DNA of 64,000 nucleotides from a virus (IMGVR_UViG_3300013947_000024:32001-96000); one strand, 5' to 3'; counted from the stretch's first letter, positions 10,452 to 21,360 are shown. Notes: generated from the sequence alone by a model not told the origin. Made by a program: numbers and translations.

Positions 10452-10583
10452 ACGAAATAAACACTCTACAAGGCTTCTAATTGTTTTGGTAGGTAAATTA
10501 TATACCCAAACGCATTTCGCGCGTTATAGCGAATTCTGGAGCCTTGTAGAGCCATATTATTGAAGAAAGGAAGATATATTATT

Positions 10584-10889
10584 ATGCAAATGCGTGAATA
10601 CAAGTTCCAGTATCAACTTAACGGCAAGAATATTGTCCGTATTGAAGCCGTTTCTGATTCTGTACCAGCAGAAATGCCAACCTCTGACAAGATTGACGGC
10701 TTCCCTCAGATGTGGGCACCAGAAACAATTCAATGGGCGGCTGGTAGTCTTGTGTATGTAGTGAATACTGGAGACACCTACATGGCAAATGAAAGCGGTG
10801 TGTTCAAAAAGGTTATTCAAAGCAGTTCTTCTTCTGGTGGTGGCGGCACTGGCGGAGACGATCCTGATGGTGAGACTACCTACTTCTAA
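10584..10889 (+). CDS. Small hypothetical virion protein
   Basis: ORF with ATG at 10584 downstream of AAGGAAG; Ser/Gly-rich tail. Confidence 0.6.
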   Translation: MQMREYKFQYQLNGKNIVRIEAVSDSVPAEMPTSDKIDGFPQMWAPETIQWAAGSLVYVVNTGDTYMANESGVFKKVIQSSSSSGGGGTGGDDPDGETTYF

Positions 10890-10912
10890 TGTTGATGGAG
10901 TGATAGCACATT

Positions 10913-11407
10913 ATGAAATTTGCCTGTGGACCGAAAGAGCGAATTTTAAATGCCATTTCTTCTGGTAAAATAGCAAAAGAGTCGTTGATTCTTACAAGTG
11001 ATGACACGATTGTAGAAATCTTATTTTACGACAAAGACGGGCAACTAAAACAAGCAGATAGAAAATCAAAATTTACCTCCCTTGATGAGGCTCGTACATG
11101 GGCTACTGCATGGGGAGAAGAGGGAGATCTTATCACAGTCAAAGGAAGTGCTGGTTGGCTCCCTTACTATGTTGATACAGATAAGACAGTAAAACAACTT
11201 CCTTCTTCTGGTGGAGGAAGTTCTGGATCATCTGAGGGAATTCAATTCTTTAACTCTGATTTAGATTTTCCTACTAACGGAAGCCATAATATGTTGTATG
11301 TCGATTATGAAAATCGGTATCTGTATTTATGGGATTCTACGGAGGCGAAATACGCTCCGATGAATTATAATTTCCAAAACATTATTATAAATGGAGGACA
11401 AATTTAG
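10913..11407 (+). CDS. Hypothetical virion protein
   Basis: 164 aa, GGAG RBS; FPTNG...LYVD...LYLWD motif, ends IINGG like other fibre proteins. Confidence 0.65.
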   Translation: MKFACGPKERILNAISSGKIAKESLILTSDDTIVEILFYDKDGQLKQADRKSKFTSLDEARTWATAWGEEGDLITVKGSAGWLPYYVDTDKTVKQLPSSGGGSSGSSEGIQFFNSDLDFPTNGSHNMLYVDYENRYLYLWDSTEAKYAPMNYNFQNIIINGGQI

Positions 11408-11408
11408 T

Positions 11409-12677
11409 ATGGCACAAAACACTATTTTGACCACGATTCAGAACAAGCGTGGTCCTGCCGCTAACTGGCAGACAAAGAACCCCGTGCTTGCGGCTGGCGA
11501 GATTGGCGTTGAAACCGACACTCACAAATTTAAGTTTGGTGACGGCGCTACCGCATGGAACGATCTTGCTTATGCTGGTGCAGACGAGGCTCAGATCAAT
11601 GGTCTGATCGCGGCGGCAGAAGACAGATACTTCTCTGTTGTTCGTAATGCTGACGAAGCCGACAACGACGCTATTGCAAGAGCACTCGGAGAAGAGACTG
11701 CAAGCAAGGGCGATATTTGTGTTATCAAGACTGCGCTCGGAACCACTCCTGAATCCTATTCCTTTATGGGATATGTATTCGACGGAGAAAACTGGGGTGC
11801 TATGGATGGCAACATTAGTTCCGAGAACGTTATCCTGTCTAAGGACATCGTGTGCGCTGGCGCGTATACACAGGTCGGAAACATCACAAAGTCTCAGTCT
11901 GGTACTACCACAATCTCTGGAAAGGGCAAGACACTGAACAAGGTTCTTGAATCTATCTTTACGAAGGAACAGAACCCCTCTAAACCCACTCCTACTTGTG
12001 GTGTTACTCTTACTGGTGCTGGCGCAAAGGAAGTTGGTACGGTATTCACTCCTGCTTATACGACTTCTTTCGATAAGAAAGCATACGCTTATGCTCCTAC
12101 CGACACTGGTGTTACGGTAACTGCATGGGAAGTCAAAGACAGCAACGATGTTACGAAGACGACTGCTACTGGCACTTTTGATTCGTTCACTGTTACTGAA
12201 ACCACGAACTATAAGCTGACTGCTAAAGCTACTTATAGCGATGGTAATATTCCTAAGACAAACCTTGGTAATGATTATCCTGCTTCTCAGATTAAGGCTG
12301 GCACCACTGCTTCTGTCAACTCTTCTGCTGTCACTGGTTATCGTAACTGGTTCTATGGTTATAAGAACGCTTCCGGTGTTCTTGATGTTACCGCACTTGA
12401 TTCTGCTAAGATTCGTGCTCTTACCGCTCGCAACGGTTCTTTCCCCGCTACGATTGACACGAACGGAATGCAACAGATGTTCTTTGCTATTCCTGCTGGC
12501 AAGAAGAGCTCGGTTAAGTGTTCTAACAATGTCAACGGCGCTCCCTGCACGATGGTAAAGACTACTGTCAGTGTTGAAGGTGCTAATGGATTTACTGCAA
12601 TTGATTACGATGTTTGGTATGTCAACTCTGCTTCTGCGGACAGTGGCGCCAACACTTACAAGATCGTTGTGGCTTAA
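11409..12677 (+). CDS. Fibre protein with major-tropism-determinant/hyaluronidase-type N-terminal domain
   Basis: NPVLAAGEIGVETDTHKFKFGDG..AWNDL motif; GGAGG RBS. Confidence 0.7.
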   Translation: MAQNTILTTIQNKRGPAANWQTKNPVLAAGEIGVETDTHKFKFGDGATAWNDLAYAGADEAQINGLIAAAEDRYFSVVRNADEADNDAIARALGEETASKGDICVIKTALGTTPESYSFMGYVFDGENWGAMDGNISSENVILSKDIVCAGAYTQVGNITKSQSGTTTISGKGKTLNKVLESIFTKEQNPSKPTPTCGVTLTGAGAKEVGTVFTPAYTTSFDKKAYAYAPTDTGVTVTAWEVKDSNDVTKTTATGTFDSFTVTETTNYKLTAKATYSDGNIPKTNLGNDYPASQIKAGTTASVNSSAVTGYRNWFYGYKNASGVLDVTALDSAKIRALTARNGSFPATIDTNGMQQMFFAIPAGKKSSVKCSNNVNGAPCTMVKTTVSVEGANGFTAIDYDVWYVNSASADSGANTYKIVVA

Positions 12678-12698
12678 TGAGGATGGAGGAATAATAAC

Positions 12699-15092
12699 AT
12701 GACAAGAGAAGAATTTTTTGCCGCTAAAAACGCTGGTGCCCTTTGGGATGTCGGCGTAAGTATTAACAGAACTAACCCTCTGCCTCTGGATAAAAACGCG
12801 GTATTTGACACTCTCGAAAACGCACAGGCATATGCCGAAGGCGTCCTTGCTTATCCTGGTCAGTTTATCGCCGTTGTTGGCGAAACCGCCGTTGATGGCT
12901 ACCTGATTGTAAAGGCTGGAACTGGCGCAGAACTTAGAAAGCTCGCGTCGCAGACTGCAAGCGGAGATATCGTTTCTGACCTGAACTCACTGGCTACCAG
13001 AGTAAGCGGTCTCGAAACTTCAGTTGGAGATATCAAGGCTGAAATCGGTGCCAAGAAAGACGGTGACACTGCCGCTACTGGTATCTACAAGTATGTCGAC
13101 GACGCTGTTTCTGCCGCTACTCCTGATGGATACGACGGCGTAAAGGCTGATGTTGCAAAGCTCGTCGGTACAGACAAGGGTGAAGATGGCAGAGCTAACA
13201 AAACGGTTAGAGAGATTGCAAAAGCCGAAGCAGAAGCCGCAGTTAAGGTTGTCATGGGTGAGGATGTCAACGAAGCATACGACACCCTGAAAGAGATTTC
13301 TGACTGGATTGGTACTCACGGACAGGAAGCTACTGACCTTACAACTCGTGTTAAGGCGAACGAAGATGCGATTACAAAGCTCAACGACGAAGCCACTGTT
13401 GAGGGTTCCGTAGCTCACACTGTTAAGACCGCTATTGATGGCGCTCTTAAAGCTGACGGAAAAGATAAGTATGCTCTTGCTTCTGAGCTTGCTACCACTA
13501 ATACAAATGTCGAGACGGCTAACGGTAAAATCACTGCTCTTGAGACGAAGACTGCTGGTCTGAAGAACGCAGATGGTGAGGATGTTACTGTTAAGGCTTA
13601 TGTAGATGCTGGCGACAATGCTCTCGACGCGAAGATTACCGCTGTCGATCAGAAGGTGGGTAATCTTGGGGCTCTTGCTTCCAAGAGTGAGGTTGCAGAG
13701 GCTGACCTCGCTTCTGCTCTGAAAACAAAGATTGATGGTAAGGCTGATAAAGCTACAACCCTTGCTGGATATGGTATTACTGACGCATATACGAAGTCTG
13801 GTGCTGATGATGCTATCTCTGGTGCTATTGACGCTCTTAAACTTGGCACGATGGCTAAAGAGAGTGCGGCTGATTACAGCAAGACGACGGTTCTCAACGG
13901 AAACGCAGAAACTGACACAGCCGAATCCAATACATTCGCTGGCGTAAGAAAGTATGCCGACTCTAAGGCTTCCTCTGCTCTCACCGATGCCAAGACTTAT
14001 GCTGATGGTCTTGTTGGTGCTGACAGCGCTATTGCTGGTAGAGTGGCTGATCTTGAAAGTAAGCACGCCACTGGTAAGACGGTTGCTCAGGAAGTAACTG
14101 CTGGTATTGAGGCTCTTGATCTTGCTAATACGTATGCGGCAAAGACTCATGCCCACGCGATGACCGATGTTACAGGTCTTTCTGATGAACTTGCGAAATA
14201 TGCGACGACTGATAGCGTTCAGACGATTGCTGAAGGACTGAACACCAAAATAGGATCAATCACTGGGTTTGATTCGATGAGGGCATATGTGGATGATGTC
14301 ACTGGTGCAATCAATAGTGCCGCTAATAGTGCGGAAGCGGGCGTTGCGGCGATCAACACCAAGATCGGCGCAGTCCCCAATGACAAGACTATCGTTGGGA
14401 TGATCGCCGATGCAAAGACCGAGGCTACCTATGACGACGCCGAAGTTAAAGCTAGCATTGCTGACAACAAGGCAAAGATCGAGACTCTTAATGGTGCTGA
14501 GACAGTTGATGGGTCTGTTAAAAAGACTGTTAAAGACGCCATCAATGAGTGGGCAAATCAGGTCACAGAAGACAATAACACCATAGATACCTTCAAAGAG
14601 TTGGTCGATTATGCCGCGTCGCATACTGCAGAATATTCCACACTCGCTGGCGAGGTTCAGTCCAACACAGATAAGATTGCCACTCTCAACGGAGAGGGTG
14701 TCGGCTCCGTCAAGAAAACCGTCGCTGACGCAATTGACAAGATTGGTATTGGCGAATACGCGAAAACCGCTGATATTGAAGCTGGTTATGTTGCTAAAGA
14801 AGAAGGCAAGAGCCTTGTTTCTGACACCGAAATCACAAAGCTCGGAAAGCTGGCTGGTAACGAGCAAGCAAACGTTATTGAAGCGATCAAGGTCGCTGGC
14901 GCAGATGCTGATCTTGCTATTACTGGCAAGAAGGTCACTATCCCTTATGCTACCGAAGATACTGCGGGTATCGTAAAGATCAGCGACGAAGTTGGTCTTA
15001 ATGCAAGCAATCAGCTTGAACTTAAGAAGGTTTCTACCGACCTTCTCTTCAATGGAGTGAACGAACTCATTCTTAACGGTGGAGAAATTTAA
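12699..15092 (+). CDS. Long coiled-coil fibre protein
   Basis: 797 aa, Ala rich; repeats DTLKEISDWI / DTFKELVDYA and GSVKKTV. Confidence 0.7.
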   Translation: MTREEFFAAKNAGALWDVGVSINRTNPLPLDKNAVFDTLENAQAYAEGVLAYPGQFIAVVGETAVDGYLIVKAGTGAELRKLASQTASGDIVSDLNSLATRVSGLETSVGDIKAEIGAKKDGDTAATGIYKYVDDAVSAATPDGYDGVKADVAKLVGTDKGEDGRANKTVREIAKAEAEAAVKVVMGEDVNEAYDTLKEISDWIGTHGQEATDLTTRVKANEDAITKLNDEATVEGSVAHTVKTAIDGALKADGKDKYALASELATTNTNVETANGKITALETKTAGLKNADGEDVTVKAYVDAGDNALDAKITAVDQKVGNLGALASKSEVAEADLASALKTKIDGKADKATTLAGYGITDAYTKSGADDAISGAIDALKLGTMAKESAADYSKTTVLNGNAETDTAESNTFAGVRKYADSKASSALTDAKTYADGLVGADSAIAGRVADLESKHATGKTVAQEVTAGIEALDLANTYAAKTHAHAMTDVTGLSDELAKYATTDSVQTIAEGLNTKIGSITGFDSMRAYVDDVTGAINSAANSAEAGVAAINTKIGAVPNDKTIVGMIADAKTEATYDDAEVKASIADNKAKIETLNGAETVDGSVKKTVKDAINEWANQVTEDNNTIDTFKELVDYAASHTAEYSTLAGEVQSNTDKIATLNGEGVGSVKKTVADAIDKIGIGEYAKTADIEAGYVAKEEGKSLVSDTEITKLGKLAGNEQANVIEAIKVAGADADLAITGKKVTIPYATEDTAGIVKISDEVGLNASNQLELKKVSTDLLFNGVNELILNGGEI

Positions 15093-15118
15093 TCTATAAC
15101 AGCGGAGGGTAACAACCT

Positions 15119-17998
15119 ATGGCTGAATTGAATGTAACTCTTCAAGAGTTGCGTGGCACCTACAAAGAGTTCACGGCTAAGAATCCGATTTTGAAGAACG
15201 GACAGCTTGCGGTTGTGGCTATCGAAACTGGAGATTCCGTAGGGGGCTTTATCGCCCCCTCTACGGGTCTTAAATGTGGAGATGGAGTCACAGCTTTTAA
15301 CAACCTTGGATGGTTGGCTGGTCGTGAACAGCTTATAAATACAGGCAGTGTAGCTTCTAATGCAATACTGCACAAACAAAATCAAGAATTATATATGACA
15401 AGGGCGGAGTTTGATGCGTTAGACAAGACGACTCTTCCTATGGGAACCGAGATCAATATCGTAGACCAAATTCAAAAATCCGACTTGTCAACTGAAATAC
15501 AAAAATCTCTTACAAACGCAGACACAGCGCTCACTAATGCTAATACCGCTAATACCACAGCGAATACAGCGCTCACCACTGCTAACAACGCTCTTCCTAA
15601 AGCGGGAGGAACTATTTCTGGTAATCTTGCCATCACTGGAAATGAGACACTTGATGGTGCTCTTACTGTCTCTGGTCTAGCTACTCTTAATAACACAACA
15701 TTTAATGCTGATAGCGTTATTAAGAGAGTCGATGAGTACGGTGATGAAATCGGAATTGTACAGTTCAAGCATGTTGAAGCTGAAGCACTTCCATTTGGTG
15801 AATTTAAGTCGGGTTATGATTTTCGCATAGGAGATGCAGAGGGAGTTGAATATTTCTTCCCCGAGACGATCTCTAACGACTTCTGGTGTGTTCTTCATTT
15901 CAATAGTGGTACTGAGGCTACCACTTATTATACCGATGATGACTGCGTAATTACTGGGGATGATTGCAAAGATGGGGTCTTTACTCCTGTTGCTAATAAG
16001 AGATACACAGTCCTTGTATGGTATGATGGAACAAAACAGGCGATTGTAAGAGGTGTCCCTACTGACGGTCAGTGGGCTGATGATAATACATCGGCTACTA
16101 TCGGAGCTCTTACCGATTCCGCTCCTGCCTCCCTGAAGAAGATTATCTATTGCAAGTCTTCCGATATTCCTTCTACCCCTGAAACTGGTGTAGAGTATGC
16201 TTGTACTGATTTTATCGGGGAAGCAGACCTTGATACCGCTCTTCAGACAAAACTGAATTCTTTTGCTACAAAGACCGATATGTCCGCTGTTTCTACTGTT
16301 GCCAATAACGCGTTGCCAAAAACTGGTGGCACGGTAACTGGCAACATTGCGGTTCAGCAAGGCGATATTACGATTGACGGCGAGAATGTTGCCAAACAAT
16401 CATATGTAGATCAAGAAGTCGCAAAGGTTAAGAGCGGTTATGACTACACATTTACCGATCTTACATCTCTTAAAGCTCTTCTTACCGCGCAAACGACAAC
16501 CGATTCACTTAAAGGTAAGCACATTCTTTATACTGGCTCTTGGGAAGATTATGGGACAGACGTAGGTGGCGCACAGACGGAAGGAATTTTGGACTTCCAT
16601 GGAGCAGACGTTACGCACGAACATCATTACTCCTATACCGCTGGTAGCGGAGATCACATCTATGGTTCTTTGACAAACATTGGAACTCTCTATGGATATA
16701 AATGGACTGGCGATTATGGCGAAGATATTTGTCCGTGGATTACTGTTCAAGCAGAGACAATCAGAGGTATTGGATGTGGAACTGGTGTAACTCCTACTGC
16801 TGATTTTATTTATGATTCGCATGTTGGTACCTGCATTTCAAAAACTGGAACCACAAGTGCTCCGTTCGGCACAATCGCTAATTGTTTGTTCGATGGAGAT
16901 ATTATTGTATATAATTATTCAAGCGTTATCAACTGTTCTACAACGTCTGCTGACGGTGCTACTACTTTCACTAACTGTACCTATGTTGGTAAGCAATTAG
17001 AGGCTTCGCAGATTGGTTCGTCTGGTGGAAGTGGTGAAGAGTACGACTATACATTTACTAATTATTCGGATCTTCAAACATTTTTGAGTGGTTATACCGA
17101 TGCCAATGCACTTTCTGGTAAGCACATCTTATTTACTGGCGAGTTGGGTGCGTCACTTGATTTTCATAATGCCGATTTGACCTATGAGCATCATTATGAT
17201 CTCCCAAACGCATATTGCTCTTATGGCGGGACGAATAGCGGCACTCTATCCAACATCAACACCTTCTACGGCGACAAATGGACGGCTACATTCGGAGATA
17301 CTTATTCGTATTTTGGAACGACTATTTCTGCTAATACTATTCGTGGTCTTGGGTATGGAGCGTTTCCGACGATTATTGCGGACTATGTGTATAACGCCTG
17401 TGTTGGCAGTTGCATTTCTAAAACAGGAACAAATAGCTCTCCATATGGGACAATATTCAACAGCGTGTTTTACGAGTCGGCGAGCATAAAAAATTATCAA
17501 AGCGTTCTTAACTGTTCAACCTTTAATTCAGAAGGAAAGTTAACAGTTATCGGACTGTCGCCCGTAATCGGAAAAGAGTTGAAAGCCAGTCAACTTTTGT
17601 CATCCGGAGGCTCTTCCGCTAAATGGCACAACGATGATAGTGGCGCAACTCCAAGCAATCCCGTTCAGTTTATTAAGATTCATTGTTCGTCATGGTCGAT
17701 GAATTATTGCAGTAGCGCTCTTACAGCAGATATAACGCTCGCAATTACCCCAAGCACATATGGTTGTAGTGCCAGTACGATGGCGTATGCAGTGGATGCT
17801 GGTCAGATGTATTGTTTCATCGTGAATTTTGACACCAACTCTACTGGTATGATAGAGTCTGGAACGTTAAGTGTGTATCATGCGTATAGTAATTCTAATA
17901 ATTATAGCCTTCTTACATATGCGCAGTGGGCAAGCGGTCATTGGATGGCGGATGATCAGGGCACGGACTTATACACAGAAATGCAATATTATTATTAA
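15119..17998 (+). CDS. Mosaic tail fibre with an internal duplicated domain
   Basis: MTD-N-like start (NPILKNGQ..GDG), modules shared with 8490 and 4214, tandem YDYTFT...GKHIL.TG...LDFH.AD repeats. Confidence 0.7.
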   Translation: MAELNVTLQELRGTYKEFTAKNPILKNGQLAVVAIETGDSVGGFIAPSTGLKCGDGVTAFNNLGWLAGREQLINTGSVASNAILHKQNQELYMTRAEFDALDKTTLPMGTEINIVDQIQKSDLSTEIQKSLTNADTALTNANTANTTANTALTTANNALPKAGGTISGNLAITGNETLDGALTVSGLATLNNTTFNADSVIKRVDEYGDEIGIVQFKHVEAEALPFGEFKSGYDFRIGDAEGVEYFFPETISNDFWCVLHFNSGTEATTYYTDDDCVITGDDCKDGVFTPVANKRYTVLVWYDGTKQAIVRGVPTDGQWADDNTSATIGALTDSAPASLKKIIYCKSSDIPSTPETGVEYACTDFIGEADLDTALQTKLNSFATKTDMSAVSTVANNALPKTGGTVTGNIAVQQGDITIDGENVAKQSYVDQEVAKVKSGYDYTFTDLTSLKALLTAQTTTDSLKGKHILYTGSWEDYGTDVGGAQTEGILDFHGADVTHEHHYSYTAGSGDHIYGSLTNIGTLYGYKWTGDYGEDICPWITVQAETIRGIGCGTGVTPTADFIYDSHVGTCISKTGTTSAPFGTIANCLFDGDIIVYNYSSVINCSTTSADGATTFTNCTYVGKQLEASQIGSSGGSGEEYDYTFTNYSDLQTFLSGYTDANALSGKHILFTGELGASLDFHNADLTYEHHYDLPNAYCSYGGTNSGTLSNINTFYGDKWTATFGDTYSYFGTTISANTIRGLGYGAFPTIIADYVYNACVGSCISKTGTNSSPYGTIFNSVFYESASIKNYQSVLNCSTFNSEGKLTVIGLSPVIGKELKASQLLSSGGSSAKWHNDDSGATPSNPVQFIKIHCSSWSMNYCSSALTADITLAITPSTYGCSASTMAYAVDAGQMYCFIVNFDTNSTGMIESGTLSVYHAYSNSNNYSLLTYAQWASGHWMADDQGTDLYTEMQYYY

Positions 17999-18023
17999 AA
18001 TCCTCAAAGGAGGTATAAAGTTT

Positions 18024-18683
18024 ATGAAAATTTTTGGAAATAGCATTATAACAAAAACAAAAGTAATCTCCGTGGGGGATCACGAAACGGCAGGGCTTGC
18101 GGTGAAAAAATCCGCAAACCTGTCCCTTATCAATCAAGCCGTAGTAGAGGAGAAGGCGTGGAAAGAATTCATGATCTCTGCGGCTAAAGCAAATAAGAGA
18201 TATTATCTTTCCTTCAAGACTTCCGCTCCTATGTGGGTAAGAATTCAGTCTTGCGATGGAATTCAGAACACTTATCATATCATGACTGTTCGTAGTATCC
18301 CGAATGTTCCGTATATGATTCCGATCATGCTTCGTTATGACGCATGTATCAAGATTTGTCTTGATGCTGTCGGAACGGTGTCTAATATTTGTTTCGCTAC
18401 GGAGCAGATTCCTTTTGTGGAATCGAATAACATTACTGTTCTTCTCCCTGCCGATTATCCGCTTCGTGCATGTGGCGAAGTGAGAGACTACTTTGATATT
18501 AGCGAAAATGTCGTAAAATATACGAAGTGCGCCGATGTTGTAGGCGGCAAGCTTGTCGCTCTTGAATCACCTGTTACGACCGAAGTAACTGATGAAGCGC
18601 TTGTTGATGGACTGAAATCCCTTCTCGGCGAACAGAATATTGAAAGCATGAACTGCGTCTCTATTGGCGCGATTGAAGAATAA
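18024..18683 (+). CDS. Hypothetical protein
   Basis: ATG at 18024 after AGGAGG; part of ORF 17871-18683. Confidence 0.65.
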   Translation: MKIFGNSIITKTKVISVGDHETAGLAVKKSANLSLINQAVVEEKAWKEFMISAAKANKRYYLSFKTSAPMWVRIQSCDGIQNTYHIMTVRSIPNVPYMIPIMLRYDACIKICLDAVGTVSNICFATEQIPFVESNNITVLLPADYPLRACGEVRDYFDISENVVKYTKCADVVGGKLVALESPVTTEVTDEALVDGLKSLLGEQNIESMNCVSIGAIEE

Positions 18684-18697
18684 GGAGGAGAGAAATT

Positions 18698-20074
18698 ATG
18701 GCTACAAACTTTACTATGGAAGAACTGATGAATTTTCCTCTTCTTCACTTTGCGCAAGCAAACTATAAGCTTCATGACAACGTGTTTAACAGCGCCATGG
18801 ATTTTTACTATCTTGTCCTGAATTATCGTCATACAGAAGACGATAATGTCAGAGATCGGATTATCGAACATATCAATCTTTTTACATCTCCTGGCAGAGA
18901 ACCGCAATTTGATGTGCACGCCTTTCACTCTTATGTTCCGACCGTCGCGGGTCTGGCTTTGGTAAAGCATACCCCGAATCTCTTCGCCGCATTGAAGAAA
19001 GACACGAAACACAGAGTCAATGTCCTCATGAAAGCGTTTGCCGTGCTTGGAATTATGTATACGAGCTCCAACAACTGGTACCTTTACAACCTTGCCATGT
19101 TTCATGCGTGGTCTAAAGAACAGGCTCCCAATCTTTCCATTCCTACATTCTTCGCGGCTCTTGGCGCTCGGTATTATGCAGGTTCTGAGGAAGCATTTAA
19201 GGAACTGGTCATGGGAGAGGGAGAAGCCTTTGATTATGACGGATTTATTGCAGAGCTTCAGGAGTGCGGCTTCAATAGAGCAATCAGAACTTTTGCTCAT
19301 CAAACACAAGAGTCTGATATTGATGGCATTGAATTCGCAACTATCAAAGATCTGATGGAAACCAGAGCGCAGGAAAAGCAGTTCTATGGCATCACAGTCA
19401 ACAAGATCCCCGAAGAAATCGGTCGCGGCAGAGGCGTCCACTTCCCGTATAGCATCAAAGATTTTATCTCATCCAAAGACGGGTACGCGGCATGGTACAA
19501 TATCGACACTACTGAAGAGCGCCACGAAAAATCGACTTGTGCCTTTAAGAACGGCGTAGATATTTATGGAGAGTGCTATAAGGACAGAATTCCAGCCTAT
19601 CTTCTTCGTTATATTTTCCATGGTGGAAAGTGTAAGAACGAAATCGCCGTAAACAAGTACGCAAGCTGGATTCAGCATACCGGGACGGAGCAGATTCTCG
19701 ATTCGAATGGCGGTACTCTTACCGCGCATACAATGGAGTCCGACAAGATCAATCCTTCTCTCGGGAAAGACGGAATGATCTCTGAATTCGATGTGGGCGG
19801 AAGAAGTGACATGACCTATTGCTATCTTGACTTCGCTATGGCGTCGGTCATCGTTTCTGTTTGCAAGGAGCTCGGATATATCGACGACGGAGAGGTTTGG
19901 ACAAACGCAATCTCTCTTTATAAGAATGGCGCAGAGGATCTGTTCTACAAAGACGAGGTTGGATTTGTTGGATATAATGCATGGGATCAGGACTATAAGG
20001 CTGTTGAATGTCAGAATTGCAATTTCCCGTTCTATCGCATTTCTTGTATGATTCATCAAGAAAATTTGAAGTGA
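18698..20074 (+). CDS. Hypothetical protein (enzyme-like, aromatic rich)
   Basis: 458-aa ORF with AGGAGG RBS; family not recognised. Confidence 0.7.
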   Translation: MATNFTMEELMNFPLLHFAQANYKLHDNVFNSAMDFYYLVLNYRHTEDDNVRDRIIEHINLFTSPGREPQFDVHAFHSYVPTVAGLALVKHTPNLFAALKKDTKHRVNVLMKAFAVLGIMYTSSNNWYLYNLAMFHAWSKEQAPNLSIPTFFAALGARYYAGSEEAFKELVMGEGEAFDYDGFIAELQECGFNRAIRTFAHQTQESDIDGIEFATIKDLMETRAQEKQFYGITVNKIPEEIGRGRGVHFPYSIKDFISSKDGYAAWYNIDTTEERHEKSTCAFKNGVDIYGECYKDRIPAYLLRYIFHGGKCKNEIAVNKYASWIQHTGTEQILDSNGGTLTAHTMESDKINPSLGKDGMISEFDVGGRSDMTYCYLDFAMASVIVSVCKELGYIDDGEVWTNAISLYKNGAEDLFYKDEVGFVGYNAWDQDYKAVECQNCNFPFYRISCMIHQENLK

Positions 20075-20103
20075 ATAATTATTCAGCAGGAACGCATATT
20101 TAT

Positions 20104-20254
20104 GAGGACATGAAAACTTACGACTTTAGTCGTGAGATGACTCGCTAACACGCGAGCACGCAGGGTCGGGACGACCCGTAGAGCCTGTGGAGACGCCCGC
20201 GTTAGCGGGGTCGATGAAGCAGGAATCTTGCCACTTTAGTGGCGAGAGGTTCAA
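20104..20254 (+). mobile_element. Miniature non-autonomous IS200/IS605 element (left end + omegaRNA right end, no ORF)
   Basis: Follows TTTAT (20099-20103); LE hairpin CTTACGACTTTAGTCGTGAG; scaffold GGGTCGGGACGACCC..GCCTGTGGAG..GAAGCAGGAATC; RE hairpin CTTGCCACTTTAGTGGCGAG-AGGTTCAA. Confidence 0.8.
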
Positions 20255-20302
20255 ACAAAAACCATGCGTTCCTGCTATCAAAATAGATGAGGAGAAAGAC
20301 AT

Positions 20303-20905
20303 ATGGAATATTTTGACGGCGTAGTAGCCGCTAAACTTTTTGGAGGCGGTGGTGGCGGTGGAGAACCCGTAGATGTTAGTGGCAAGCTCGACAAGGTAAC
20401 AACGACAGCTCTCGTCCCTCGTGTATACGGCGTAAAAGAAGATGGTAGCCAGCTGACTTATTTTGCCACTCCGAGCACAGACGCAAATACCATTGTCATG
20501 AGAGACGCCTCTAAGCATATCGCCGTCGAAGACGGTGTTGCTCCCAAACAGGCAGTAAACAAATCGCAGTTAGACAAGAAGCTCGACATTGAAGGCGGAG
20601 ATATTACTGGAGACCTTTCTGTGGCTGGTAATGTCGACATCACCGGGGTAGCAACACACACAGCGGAAGCGATTTTTAATAGTGGGCTTGAATCTGATGG
20701 TCCTGTTAATGTGAATAATTCCCTCGTAAAGATTACGAATGTTACGAAAGACATTGTTACACAGTATAACGCGGACATGATTACCCTTGAAGAGAACGGA
20801 GATGCCAAACAGTATAATTATACATTTCCTCGCTCTTCTGGCGCGCTTGCTGTTACAGCTCATTCAGAGATTATCAACGAAGACACAGCGGAACAAACGG
20901 TTGAT
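20303..20905 (+). CDS. Tail fibre-like protein, exon 1 (interrupted by IStron)
   Basis: The ORF's only stop is the first codon of the insertion (TTGAT|TAA); it is in frame with 22704-24017. Confidence 0.8.
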
Positions 20906-21360
20906 TAAGAGCACAACACAAACTTTTGACTTTAGTCATGAGTTAAAGTGTGCAAATAGTTAGCACATAGGGAAACTTGTGTGTAGTGGCGCTTACGGCG
21001 TCCAATATTACTTGAAATGCTGGAAACTCCTAAAGCTATTTGAACCACAACATAATTCATTAAATGGAATAAGTGTGACGGTAACGAAAGTAGAAAGAAT
21101 CAAATAGATGGTGCAGGGTTAAATCCTAAACACTCTTACAAAAAAATGGAGAATCAGCAGGGAAGCTCGAAAGAGAACCCCCAACGACTATTCCTCTTGA
21201 GGGAAGTAGGAGCAAGCGCTCCGAAGTGGGTAAGCCCAAACAGGCAAGCTGTGGGATAAGATATAGTCTGTGCTCATGTGAAAGCATGAGATACCTACCG
21301 CTAAACAATACGGCGGATAAGGATGTGTGAGAGTAGCGACCTCATGCGAACGACAACCTC
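20906..21360 (+). ncRNA. Group I intron catalytic core
   Basis: P AAATGCTGGAAACTCC (21015-21030), Q AATCAGCAGG (21152-21161), R CAACGACTAT (~21182), S AAGATATAGTCTG (21258-21270); 3' limit approximate. Confidence 0.85.
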
